Below are positions 11,310-21,146 of a stretch of 60,776 nt of DNA, piece by piece. Origin of the DNA: an uncultured virus (IMG/VR IMGVR_UViG_3300046007_009360). Taxonomy: Duplodnaviria > Heunggongvirae > Uroviricota > Caudoviricetes. Position 1 is the first letter of the stretch. Each line of letters starts with the position of its first letter. The position numbers and the translations under genes are program-made. The stretch is from IMG/VR virus record IMGVR_UViG_3300046007_009360; one strand, written 5' to 3'. The notes beneath the pieces are model-generated. The model saw only the letters and a list, made by a program, of their open reading frames with translations. It did not search any database and had not been told where the DNA came from.

Positions 11310-13562
11310 ATGCCAATAAGGTCTATAGAAAAGATTAAGATAGGGAATTATCCATATGGTAGATTTGGAAATGGATATATATATTCTGCTGAAATAAATC
11401 AGGGATATGCAGAAAATTCAAATAGTTTAACAGTGGACATTGTATATGAACAAAATCAATCAATAGTTTTACCAGAGAAAAATTTAACTACTTCTTATAG
11501 AATAGAGTTCGGAAGTTTAGTTTTTCCTGTTAATTATTTTATAAAACATACGAAAAATGTTGCAGTAAATGAAGAAGTTATAACCTGTACATTTATAGAT
11601 AATTCTGTTATTTTAGATAGATATTTCGTAGGTTTATCAAATAGACATTATAGAGTATCAGAATCGAATCAAAATTTTGATATATCTGTAACATGTGCAA
11701 ATTGTGATAATACAATAAGCGTTCAAAATGGAAGTGTATCAAGATCTGTTGTGGCGAATTCTCCTAATTTACTTATCAATAATTTAATTGTTGTTGGAGA
11801 AGAGGAATTTATAGATCAAGCATGCGATATTCCAGATGTTAAATATAGTTTTTCTGATCTATTGGCCGCAATGAGTAAGATACCTAACTTTTCTTTTACA
11901 AATTTTTCAGATATTAATCCAGCTTATAAAACGTCTTATACCGGCACACTAAGAGAAGTTTTATCTAATTGGTGCAGTGATTTTGGATTTACTTTCTACT
12001 GGGATTCACTAAATAATACTTTAGTATGTTTAGATCTTAGAAACCCAATAGATCTAACCCCAATAGAGAATTTTATAACAAGTAATTTTAACAGAAATAA
12101 TCCAAATTCTAATGTTCCATTATCAAGCTTTTCAGAAGAAGAGAGTTTAGAAGGTACGTATCAACAGGATAATATTGACTATGTATTAAAACCAGCGAGA
12201 ACAAAAGAAAAAGGTATTATAGAATTTTTTCCTATTACTTATAGTGCAATTTATCCAAATACTTCATTTTCAGAACTAGATTTAGTTTTATCAAAAACAA
12301 ATAGAGAAGCTTTTACTTTGCATTTATTGACGCAAAATAGATTTTCTGAAATGGGTTTTGTTAAAGTATATGATGGCATTGAAACATATATACTTCAAAC
12401 TGTATTGCAGAATATCCAAGAATTTAGCGCAGATGGCAGAGCAGTTATAAAAATTGGTTATTATTATAGAGATCAAGAAGAAGCCTATGCAGAAAAAGTT
12501 AGTTCTGCAGCAGAAGATTTAGGAAGATATTATGTAAATTTAAATTATGTTGCTTGGAAAAGTTTAACTTGCAATGATAATTCTAAATATAATATATCAA
12601 TAAGTTACGAACCTCAACCTATAATTGGAATAAGTCCATGGAAAGCTTATGGAGGAAATCCAGCATTACCTATAGGAGTTACATGGCTAATTCAAAGAAA
12701 TCCTGTATGGAATATAAATTCCAATAATTTTAATGTTGATGGTTTAGGTCCAATATACGTAGATATAGTTGGTGAAATAGCAGATCAAGTTAGAGATGCA
12801 CTCTTAATCTTAAGTCCTAATCGTGCTGATGCAGATAAATATAGAGGTCTAACATTAATTGCATATAAACCATATTTATCTAGACAAATAAGCTATAATT
12901 ATTGGAATAACGCTGAAGAAGGATATATACAAGCCGCCTTTGAACAAGAAAACCTAAGTGAATGTCAAACGATCTGTGAAAAAGATTCAAATTCAGAAAT
13001 ATGCAGAAAATCTTGTAATAATTTAACTGCCCCAGCGAATGGGTTAGTTAGCAAATCCAGTTCTCTTTATACAATAACAAATACATTAAATGGATCAAGT
13101 ATGACAATAGGTTTACCATCTCAACAGAATTATCTAGGATACATAAAAGCAGAAGGGTCATTTAGTTATGTTGAGCCAGGAGTAAAACAAATGCAAGGTA
13201 ACACAAATTTTCAGGCTAATTCAAATGTTATGAATTATTCTGTTAATCTAAACGATGTTACTACTGACGAACCTACTGTCGGCCAAACAATTAATTTTTC
13301 TACTATTGATCAAAATAGCGATAATCTAGATATTGTGCAAACAAATTTAAAGAAAAATTTAAATTTAAAAATTATTGGAATGGACTATGGAAATCTTGCT
13401 CAATATTTAAACCCAAACTATGGACTTACCAACTTTAGTATATATCTAAATGATAATGGTGTATTTTCAGATTTAGGATTTCAAAATAGACCTGCAAAAA
13501 GACCAGATCCAGAAGTAACTATGAAAAAAGTTGGTCCTAGAAAAACGAGTATATTAAAATAA
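11310..13562 (+). CDS. Putative baseplate hub/tail tip protein
   Basis: Position in tail module; YTGTLREVLSNWCSDFGFTFYWD resembles hub-protein segments; Cys clusters CANC and CQTIC...C...C. Confidence 0.5.
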   Translation: MPIRSIEKIKIGNYPYGRFGNGYIYSAEINQGYAENSNSLTVDIVYEQNQSIVLPEKNLTTSYRIEFGSLVFPVNYFIKHTKNVAVNEEVITCTFIDNSVILDRYFVGLSNRHYRVSESNQNFDISVTCANCDNTISVQNGSVSRSVVANSPNLLINNLIVVGEEEFIDQACDIPDVKYSFSDLLAAMSKIPNFSFTNFSDINPAYKTSYTGTLREVLSNWCSDFGFTFYWDSLNNTLVCLDLRNPIDLTPIENFITSNFNRNNPNSNVPLSSFSEEESLEGTYQQDNIDYVLKPARTKEKGIIEFFPITYSAIYPNTSFSELDLVLSKTNREAFTLHLLTQNRFSEMGFVKVYDGIETYILQTVLQNIQEFSADGRAVIKIGYYYRDQEEAYAEKVSSAAEDLGRYYVNLNYVAWKSLTCNDNSKYNISISYEPQPIIGISPWKAYGGNPALPIGVTWLIQRNPVWNINSNNFNVDGLGPIYVDIVGEIADQVRDALLILSPNRADADKYRGLTLIAYKPYLSRQISYNYWNNAEEGYIQAAFEQENLSECQTICEKDSNSEICRKSCNNLTAPANGLVSKSSSLYTITNTLNGSSMTIGLPSQQNYLGYIKAEGSFSYVEPGVKQMQGNTNFQANSNVMNYSVNLNDVTTDEPTVGQTINFSTIDQNSDNLDIVQTNLKKNLNLKIIGMDYGNLAQYLNPNYGLTNFSIYLNDNGVFSDLGFQNRPAKRPDPEVTMKKVGPRKTSILK

Positions 13563-13563
13563 T

Positions 13564-16500
13564 ATGGAATTCTTAGGCAATAAATATTTATCTTTAAGTT
13601 ATCAAACTGGTCTATCATTTGAACTAGACTTTTCTATTAATAATATAAATAGTATTTGTAATTTAGGATTTAGTGGAGAAAATAAAAACTTAAATTTTAA
13701 ATTTGAATCAGGAAAAATCTTTGATCCAGAGAATCGTTTGGTCTCTTTTTATTCTTCTGGTGAGAATATAAATATTTCCGGAGATATCTCTCCTAGGAAT
13801 TATTCTTATTATATTAATGATAATCTTTTATGCTTAAATGGAAAAAAAGATAATTTTATTATTAGTGGCTATTATATAAATAGCCCAGATTCAATAGTAA
13901 ATTCTGATATCAGAATACAAGGAACAAGACCCCAATATGAATTATATCTAAGTCCTGTATTTTATATTACTGGTACAGAATATTTAACTGGTTCAATTAC
14001 CAACTTAAATAATTTAAATTTTAAAATATATAGTGGATCTATAACAATACCTTCTAATTTCAGTATACAAAGTATATCTGAATTTGTCTATGACACTGGG
14101 TATTTTAATATAAACACTTATAGTGCTACTCAAAACCAATTAGAAGACGAAAGACTCTACGAAGTACAATTAAATCTATTTACAAATTTTGGAACAATAA
14201 CCAAGAATTTTACTACTACAGGATCTTTCTCAGGATACTTAAATGTAAATTTAAATTTAGAAAATATTACGAACTTTTTTGCTCGAACAGGCCTACAAAC
14301 TGGATTAGGAGATTTTAAAGATAATGATTATTCTCTCATCTATTCTATAATAAGTGGTAGTTTAAGATCCCCTCAAGTTAATTTAGATAAATATATAAAT
14401 ATTCAACTTAAATATTATACTGGTTACACAGGAGAAATAACTGGAAATTTACTTGCTACAGGTTATAAAAATTTAATTTTAACTGGATTTATAAATGGTA
14501 GTGGATTCTTAAATGGATTATCTAGTTTGCCAATGACAGGATATCATGCTTTGTCTGGAATTAACATAACAGGACTCTTAACTGGTTACGCAAGCGAATT
14601 TACATTTTTTACTGGTTTTTCTAATTTTAATTTAAATCTACCAACTACAGGATATTATTTATCTAGAGTTATTACTGGAAATAGAAGTTTTGATGTTACG
14701 GCATTTACATCAACTGGAATTATAGACTATAATAATTATATAACAAATAATTTTCCTATTAAAGTAGAAACTTTTCCAACTGGTTTAACTGGATCGTTTG
14801 GACAATTTATAAGTTCTAATGAATCTGGATCTGTAGTTTTTGTTTCTAATTTAGATTTTGTTAATATAAATCATTCTACTGGACGAGTTTATGCATTTAC
14901 TGGTAATCAAATTAATTGGAGAAATGTAAATTTTATTTCTGGTTTAAGAGGCGATAAATATTTCGGTCAGACAATAATAGATAGAAGAGGAGATGAAATC
15001 TTTATTACGTCAAAAAGAGGATCTCTATTAAATAACACAGGAATTTCTGGAAGAGTTTATAGATTTATAGATTATACTCAGAATATTATTGATGCGGAGT
15101 ATTTTGAAAAAAGTGGAAACTTTGGAAATAGTTTAGCGATAAATTCTGGAAATATATTAATAATTGGCGCAAATTATGCAGATGGTGGAACTGGAGCAGC
15201 TTTTGTTTATAAATCTGAAAATATTAGCGGATATTCACGAACTAATATAATATATTCTGATCCTGGAGCAGACGCTCTTGGAACATCAATAAGCGTAAGT
15301 AGAGATGAAAAAGTTATTTTAGCTGGTATTCCAAATAATAGCACTTTCTTTTCGTTAAATGGAGGAGTTTGGATATTGACTGGTGATGGTAATTTTTATG
15401 AAAAAAGTATAAAAATATATGGCGATAGAATAGGCGTTGATAATTTTGGAGCTAGCGTAGCTTTAAATGGGAATGGTTATTTAGGTTTAATCGGTGCTTC
15501 CTCCCATCAAGAAGGGGCTACTAATTTTGCTGGTCAAGTTTTTATCTTAACTGGAAATGGAATTACGTGGGCAACAGGCGCAAGACTAACAGGAGATGGT
15601 GGAACTGATCAATTTGGGACAAGTGTAGCTATAAATGATTATGGTAATATAGGATTAGTTGGAGCTTCTAATGATAATTCTAATGTTGGTGCAGTATGGT
15701 TTATAACTGGTAGTGGTATTATTTGGTCTAAAATAGAGCCAAAAATCACGGGAAATACGATTAATAGCGCTATGGGTCGGTCAGTTGCGTTAAATAGCAG
15801 TGGAAATATAGCTGTTGTAGGCTCTCCTTTAGATAGACAAGTAGGCTCTGATGCTGGAGCGGTATGGATAATAACTGGAGATAATTTTATTTGGAATACT
15901 GGAGCGAAAATTTTACCACCCTCCGCGTTGTCATACTTTGGTACTGCAGTTGATATAAATAAAAAAGGAGATATTATCGCTATTGGAAGTAATAATTTTA
16001 ATAACCCTGGATATGCATATATCTATACAGGAAGTGGAAATAATTGGATTCAAACAGATATCTTTACTGGGGAAAATGTGGCAGATTATTTTGGTATTTC
16101 AGTATCTTTAAATGATAGTGGAAATATTCTTTCCGTTGGAGCGGTTCGAAATTCTGATGATGTTTCACTAGCTGGTGCAGTATATATCTATACTGGTGCA
16201 CCAAATAATTTTAAATTTTTTGATAAAATAAAAGGTAGAAATACTAATGCTCAATTTGGATCTCGCTCGAAGATTTTACAGTCTGGAAATGCACTTGTAG
16301 TTGGTGAACCACGGAATAGTACTATTACTTTAAATGGTGGTGCACTTAATTTTTATAGAAATATTTTACTAACAGGCTTTAATGAAACTCAGAGAATCGT
16401 CGGGCAGATATCAAATAGTAGTCATAATTTTAGTCAATCTATTTCTATAAATAACAATGGAAATAATTTATTAATTGGAGCAATAAACGCGCCATCTAGT

Positions 16501-17424
16501 GGTTATGCTTATATTTTTACAGGAAGTTATAATGCTAACTATGAATTAGTATCAATATTAAATAGAACAAATGGTCAGAATGGAGATTTATTTGGATATT
16601 CTACATCTCTAAATAAACTAGGCAATATTGCCGCAATTGGTGCGCCAGGATATTCTTCTTCAAGAGGAGCAATATACATATTTACAGGAAACTTAAATAA
16701 TCAATGGTTTCAGAATTCATTTATTAGCGGAACAGTAAATGCGCCAACTGAATTTGGGCATGTTTTAAAATTAAATGATTTAGGTGATCTTTTAGCAGTA
16801 GCATCTTACAACACAGATCCAATAACATATCCAAATATAAGTGGGGCAATACATTTATATACAGGCAGCGGAGATAACAAACAGCAATGGGTAAAACTAA
16901 GAACTATTGATGAAGTTATTATAAATGGTAATTCTAATTTAAATTTAAAATCTGGTTTAGAATTTATTAATAATGAATATGCTGATCTTTTATTCTTCTC
17001 GGATTATTTTTCAAATACTGGATATGTGCAGGTAGTATCAAATATAAATCAAACTGGATTTATTGGATACCTTACTGGTTCTGGAGTTATACAACTAAAT
17101 GAGAATAATTATCTATTAACAGGTTTATTAACTGGACAAAGATATAATAAAACATTTACTGATGCATTTAATTTAATTACGGGATATTATTTAAATGGAA
17201 CTCTAACAGGTCTTCAAGACTTTAAATTAAATAATTATATATTAAATAATTCTTATATTAACTCTGGTTTTATCTCTAATGATGTAAGTCAACTATATAT
17301 TCAAGCAAAAACAAGAAATTATTTTAGTAATGATATTATAAGTGGTCTATTAATAGTAAGTGGTTATGAAACTGGAAAATATACAAACAGTGTAATTAAT
17401 ACTATAATAACAGGTATAAGGTAA
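13564..17424 (+). CDS. Large tail/adsorption protein with about 12-14 FG-GAP repeats and TG-rich flanks
   Basis: FG-GAP-like repeats at ~14770-17040, enough for two propellers; dense xTG motifs at ~14415-14720. Confidence 0.65.
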   Translation: MEFLGNKYLSLSYQTGLSFELDFSINNINSICNLGFSGENKNLNFKFESGKIFDPENRLVSFYSSGENINISGDISPRNYSYYINDNLLCLNGKKDNFIISGYYINSPDSIVNSDIRIQGTRPQYELYLSPVFYITGTEYLTGSITNLNNLNFKIYSGSITIPSNFSIQSISEFVYDTGYFNINTYSATQNQLEDERLYEVQLNLFTNFGTITKNFTTTGSFSGYLNVNLNLENITNFFARTGLQTGLGDFKDNDYSLIYSIISGSLRSPQVNLDKYINIQLKYYTGYTGEITGNLLATGYKNLILTGFINGSGFLNGLSSLPMTGYHALSGINITGLLTGYASEFTFFTGFSNFNLNLPTTGYYLSRVITGNRSFDVTAFTSTGIIDYNNYITNNFPIKVETFPTGLTGSFGQFISSNESGSVVFVSNLDFVNINHSTGRVYAFTGNQINWRNVNFISGLRGDKYFGQTIIDRRGDEIFITSKRGSLLNNTGISGRVYRFIDYTQNIIDAEYFEKSGNFGNSLAINSGNILIIGANYADGGTGAAFVYKSENISGYSRTNIIYSDPGADALGTSISVSRDEKVILAGIPNNSTFFSLNGGVWILTGDGNFYEKSIKIYGDRIGVDNFGASVALNGNGYLGLIGASSHQEGATNFAGQVFILTGNGITWATGARLTGDGGTDQFGTSVAINDYGNIGLVGASNDNSNVGAVWFITGSGIIWSKIEPKITGNTINSAMGRSVALNSSGNIAVVGSPLDRQVGSDAGAVWIITGDNFIWNTGAKILPPSALSYFGTAVDINKKGDIIAIGSNNFNNPGYAYIYTGSGNNWIQTDIFTGENVADYFGISVSLNDSGNILSVGAVRNSDDVSLAGAVYIYTGAPNNFKFFDKIKGRNTNAQFGSRSKILQSGNALVVGEPRNSTITLNGGALNFYRNILLTGFNETQRIVGQISNSSHNFSQSISINNNGNNLLIGAINAPSSGYAYIFTGSYNANYELVSILNRTNGQNGDLFGYSTSLNKLGNIAAIGAPGYSSSRGAIYIFTGNLNNQWFQNSFISGTVNAPTEFGHVLKLNDLGDLLAVASYNTDPITYPNISGAIHLYTGSGDNKQQWVKLRTIDEVIINGNSNLNLKSGLEFINNEYADLLFFSDYFSNTGYVQVVSNINQTGFIGYLTGSGVIQLNENNYLLTGLLTGQRYNKTFTDAFNLITGYYLNGTLTGLQDFKLNNYILNNSYINSGFISNDVSQLYIQAKTRNYFSNDIISGLLIVSGYETGKYTNSVINTIITGIR
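17390..17421 (+). promoter_or_regulatory. GTGTAA motif plus CAGG/AAGG leader before fibre gene
   Basis: GTGTAATTAATACT at 17390; CAGG at 17411 and AAGG at 17418; ATG at 17426. Confidence 0.45.
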
Positions 17425-17425
17425 A

Positions 17426-19303
17426 ATGGCAGCTCAAATTAAACCAGATTACGGAAATAAATTACTAGGAGCAGACTGTTTAGATCCAAGAACTAGAGAT
17501 TTAAAATTTGGAACAAATCAATTTTATAATGATTACTGTTCAAACGTATTACAATTAAATTCAATAAGACATACATCAAGTTCATCTCCTTATTTTGAAT
17601 CTTTTTTAAATAATGCCGGTATAACTTTTAGGCCAGCAGAATTTCCAAATTTATATACTCAAATATATACAGATGGAAACTCAATGAATGTATATACAAA
17701 AAGTCAAAATACTTTTTCATTACTTAAAACTAATAATTCAGCTTCTTTGTTAAGTATACAAGATACAGTTAATAATAAAATAATAGAATTAGATTCTGCT
17801 GATATTGTAGCGAATACAAATGTATATTTAAGAAATTGGGGAACAACAAATAATCCAATATATGTGGCTTCAAATGCGAATGGAGATAGTTATTTGCCAA
17901 ATCTTGGTGTTAGATTTGCATTAATTGCATCAAATGCGAGCTCAGCTAATAATGCAGCCCAAGCTTCTTATGCAACTTATTCTTTTTATTCTGAGATTGC
18001 AAGAGATAGCTCTTACTCATTAGTAACTGCAGATGCAACTAGATCATCTTACGCTGCTTATGCTGGAACTGCAAATAATGCTGGTATTGCTATTTTTGCT
18101 AATAATGCTGATACAGCCTCTTATGCTTTAACTGCTGCGGGTGGTACTTCGTATGCGGCCAACGCAGGATACGCCGGTACTGCCACAAATGCACAATTTG
18201 CCACTACCGCAAGCTATGCATTATCTAGTCCAGGAGGTACATACGCTATCTCTGCTGGTTATGCGGGAACAGCTACAAATGCAGCTTTTTCTGACTTCTC
18301 TTCAGCCTCGTCTTATGCAGTAAACGCTGGATACGCAGGAACCGCTACAGACGCAGCTTTCGCGACGAATTCATCTTACGCAACCAACGCTGGATACGCA
18401 GGAACAGCTACTAACTCTCAGTTTGCGGCATTTGCAAATAGTTCAACCAACGCTGGGTATGCTGGAACAGCTACTAACGCAGCCTTTGCCACAAATTCAT
18501 CTTACGCTACAAATGCCGGATATGCTGGAACAGCTACTGACGCAGCATTTGCAACTACATCTTCATATTCTTTAAGTTCTGCCGGAAGTTCATCTTACGC
18601 AACCAACGCTGGATACGCAGGAACCGCTACCAACGCAGCTTTCGCGACGAATTCATCTTACGCAACCAACGCTGGATACGCAGGAACCGCTACCAACGCA
18701 GCATTCGCGACGAATTCATCTTACGCAACCAACGCTGGATACGCAGGGACTGCTACCAACGCAGCCTTTGCGACGAATTCGACATTTGCAACAAATGCGG
18801 GATACGCTGGAACCGCTACAAACGCAGCATTCGCGACGAATTCGACATTTGCAACAAATGCTGGATATGCTGGAACGGCAACAAATGCTCAATTTTCTAC
18901 TACTGCAAGTTACGCTTTAAGTTCCCCTGGTGGACCCTCTTCATATGCACTTGCTGCGGGATACGCTGGAACCGCTACAAACGCAGCTTTCGCGACGAAT
19001 TCATCTTACGCAACCAACGCTGGATACGCAGGAACCGCTACCAACGCAGCATTCGCGACGAATTCATCTTACGCAACCAACGCTGGATACGCAGGGACTG
19101 CTACCAACGCAGCCTTTGCGACAAACGCAACCTCATCAACAAATGCGGGATATGCAGGAACCGCATCGAATTCTGCATTTGCAACAAATTCTTCATATGC
19201 AAGTTATTCAAATCGTTCAGCAGGAGTTGTAGGATTTACTGAACTAGCAATTAGTGTTTGCGTTGGCGGTACTACTACATCAAAAACATTTTTAGTTAAG
19301 TAA
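17426..19303 (+). CDS. Putative tail fibre with Ala-x-x periodic 21-aa repeats
   Basis: Repeats of ATNAGYAGTATNAAFATNSSY; last gene of the + strand tail block; short C-terminal ISVCVGG motif. Confidence 0.6.
   Translation: MAAQIKPDYGNKLLGADCLDPRTRDLKFGTNQFYNDYCSNVLQLNSIRHTSSSSPYFESFLNNAGITFRPAEFPNLYTQIYTDGNSMNVYTKSQNTFSLLKTNNSASLLSIQDTVNNKIIELDSADIVANTNVYLRNWGTTNNPIYVASNANGDSYLPNLGVRFALIASNASSANNAAQASYATYSFYSEIARDSSYSLVTADATRSSYAAYAGTANNAGIAIFANNADTASYALTAAGGTSYAANAGYAGTATNAQFATTASYALSSPGGTYAISAGYAGTATNAAFSDFSSASSYAVNAGYAGTATDAAFATNSSYATNAGYAGTATNSQFAAFANSSTNAGYAGTATNAAFATNSSYATNAGYAGTATDAAFATTSSYSLSSAGSSSYATNAGYAGTATNAAFATNSSYATNAGYAGTATNAAFATNSSYATNAGYAGTATNAAFATNSTFATNAGYAGTATNAAFATNSTFATNAGYAGTATNAQFSTTASYALSSPGGPSSYALAAGYAGTATNAAFATNSSYATNAGYAGTATNAAFATNSSYATNAGYAGTATNAAFATNATSSTNAGYAGTASNSAFATNSSYASYSNRSAGVVGFTELAISVCVGGTTTSKTFLVK
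18150..19200 (+). repeat. Coding tandem repeat, 63-bp unit, about 15 copies
   Basis: Unit ~tcatcttacgcaaccaacgctggatacgcaggaaccgctaccaacgcagc(t/a)ttcgcgacgaat; 18632-18774 reads identical to 18980-19122; local GC much higher than the rest of the window. Confidence 0.9.
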
Positions 19304-20170
19304 TTTATTTATATTTTCAATAATTATATTTGGATGTATTTGTTTTGTACATTCGAACATTTTATCTGTATTTTTATGTCTAGGACAATATATAAAATCT
19401 TTATATGAAAAAATAAAATTCTCATCATTCCAACAACTATTGCACACATTTTTATTGATGATTCTATATGGTGTATAAAATTCTGTTTTAGGATCACTAA
19501 ATCCACTAATTAATATAACTTTTTTATTTAAAGCCCAAGCTAACCAAGAGAGACCAGATGGTAGGCCAATAAAAAATTCACAATTATAAATATCCGTTAT
19601 TCTTTCTTGAATATTTATATTTCCAGTTTTATCTACTGCATTTCTAGGTATATTATTAATATATACTAAATTGCCATAAGATGAATATTTATCTATGCAT
19701 ATTACTTTATAGTCTAATCTATTTAAATAGTCTGTAATAATTTCCCATCCATTTGGATAATTCCAGTATTTAGCTTGATTTGTACTCTGAACTGATATGC
19801 ATACATATTTTTGATTTTCTTGATTTTTTGTATCTCTTATTAATAGATTAGGTTTAATTGATCTATATGGAATTCTTAGTATATCACAAGCTACTTCTTG
19901 TAAATTTAAAGATCTCGGATCTTTTAGATTTAATTCTTTAAATTTTAGATCTTCTATAAAAAATCCTAATTCATAAATTTTATTAAAATTAAAATCTTGT
20001 ATTTGAGTCGAATTTATAAAATTAATATTTGGGTAATTAAATATTTTATAATATTCATTTATACAAAAAATATTAGCGTTACTTAATTTTCTATATTCTT
20101 CAACCATAGGCATCCAAGCTAGAGAGTCTCCTAGACAATTACTTAAAAATTTTATTAAAATGTTATTCAT
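19292..20170 (-). CDS. Aah/TibC-type (autotransporter strand-loop-strand) O-heptosyltransferase homologue, GT9-like
   Basis: LGDSLAW, STNQAKYWN..GW, FIGLPSGLSWLAW, ISGFS and Cys motif CNSCW..CPRH..FEC. Confidence 0.8.
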   Translation of the reverse strand: MNNILIKFLSNCLGDSLAWMPMVEEYRKLSNANIFCINEYYKIFNYPNINFINSTQIQDFNFNKIYELGFFIEDLKFKELNLKDPRSLNLQEVACDILRIPYRSIKPNLLIRDTKNQENQKYVCISVQSTNQAKYWNYPNGWEIITDYLNRLDYKVICIDKYSSYGNLVYINNIPRNAVDKTGNINIQERITDIYNCEFFIGLPSGLSWLAWALNKKVILISGFSDPKTEFYTPYRIINKNVCNSCWNDENFIFSYKDFIYCPRHKNTDKMFECTKQIHPNIIIENINKLLN

Positions 20171-21146
20171 TTGATTTTATTACTTGGTTTATAACTTCGA
20201 TAACCATATTAGAATTTATTTTTTTTGTACACTCGAACATTCTTTTGGTATTTTTATGCCTTGGACACATTAAGAAATCATTAAATGGGTTATCTGTAGA
20301 GAATCCAGTTATTGATTTGTCTTCAAAACAAGAATTACAAACATCCTTATTTAATATTGAATAAGGATTTTTAAAAGCAATCCTTCTTCCTGTTAAACCT
20401 AAAATCTGTATAACCTTCTTATCTAGTGCCCACGCTAACCAAGAAAGACCTGAATCTAAACCTATGAAAAAACTACAATTATATATTATATTAACTAAAT
20501 CTTTTAATGGCAAACCAGTGAAATCTATACAATTATTTGGTATACTATTATAGTATACTAAGTTTCCATAGTTTCTATGCTGATCTACGCATATAACTGA
20601 ATATCCTTTTATATTTAGAAAATCTATTATATTTTTCCATCCAGTAGTATTATTCCAATATTTACCTTGTACCGTTGTCTGTGTAGCTATGCATACGTAT
20701 CCATTTACGCCCATCTTATCCATAAAAATTGGTTGAGGATTAAATGAAATTTTTGGTTTAATCTCCTCTGTGATCTCTAAATCTAAAAAATCCGCCATTT
20801 GTGCTTGAAGTGGAAGTCTTTTATTTTTTAATTCTTTTTTAATAATTTTATTATTTTCTTTCTTGAGATAGGTGGTTGTATAAGCTAGATTATACATTTC
20901 ATTTAATGAATATACGTTATCATCGTAAACTAAGAATAAATCATTATTTTTTGTAAAAAAATCTTGATCATCCTTTAAGAAAAATATATTTTTATATTCT
21001 TTATAAAAAAGGTAGTAAAATTTATTTGAAAAAAAAACTTTTTTATTTTTATTTATATTTGCGTATATTTCTATCAAAGGCATTACCGCTATAGAATCGC
21101 CTAGACCCAAAATAGAACCATTAAAAAAAATATTTTCTTTATTCAT
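20163..21146 (-). CDS. Second Aah/TibC-type O-heptosyltransferase homologue
   Basis: GLGDSIA, QGKYWN..GW, FIGLDSGLSWLAW, CNSCF..CPRH..FEC. Confidence 0.75.
   Translation of the reverse strand: MNKENIFFNGSILGLGDSIAVMPLIEIYANINKNKKVFFSNKFYYLFYKEYKNIFFLKDDQDFFTKNNDLFLVYDDNVYSLNEMYNLAYTTTYLKKENNKIIKKELKNKRLPLQAQMADFLDLEITEEIKPKISFNPQPIFMDKMGVNGYVCIATQTTVQGKYWNNTTGWKNIIDFLNIKGYSVICVDQHRNYGNLVYYNSIPNNCIDFTGLPLKDLVNIIYNCSFFIGLDSGLSWLAWALDKKVIQILGLTGRRIAFKNPYSILNKDVCNSCFEDKSITGFSTDNPFNDFLMCPRHKNTKRMFECTKKINSNMVIEVINQVIKSNE

Noticed and set aside
18150..19200. CRISPR array or DGR template/variable repeat
   Set aside because: Units are contiguous and in frame with no unique spacers; differences are mostly synonymous, not adenine-specific; no reverse transcriptase in the window
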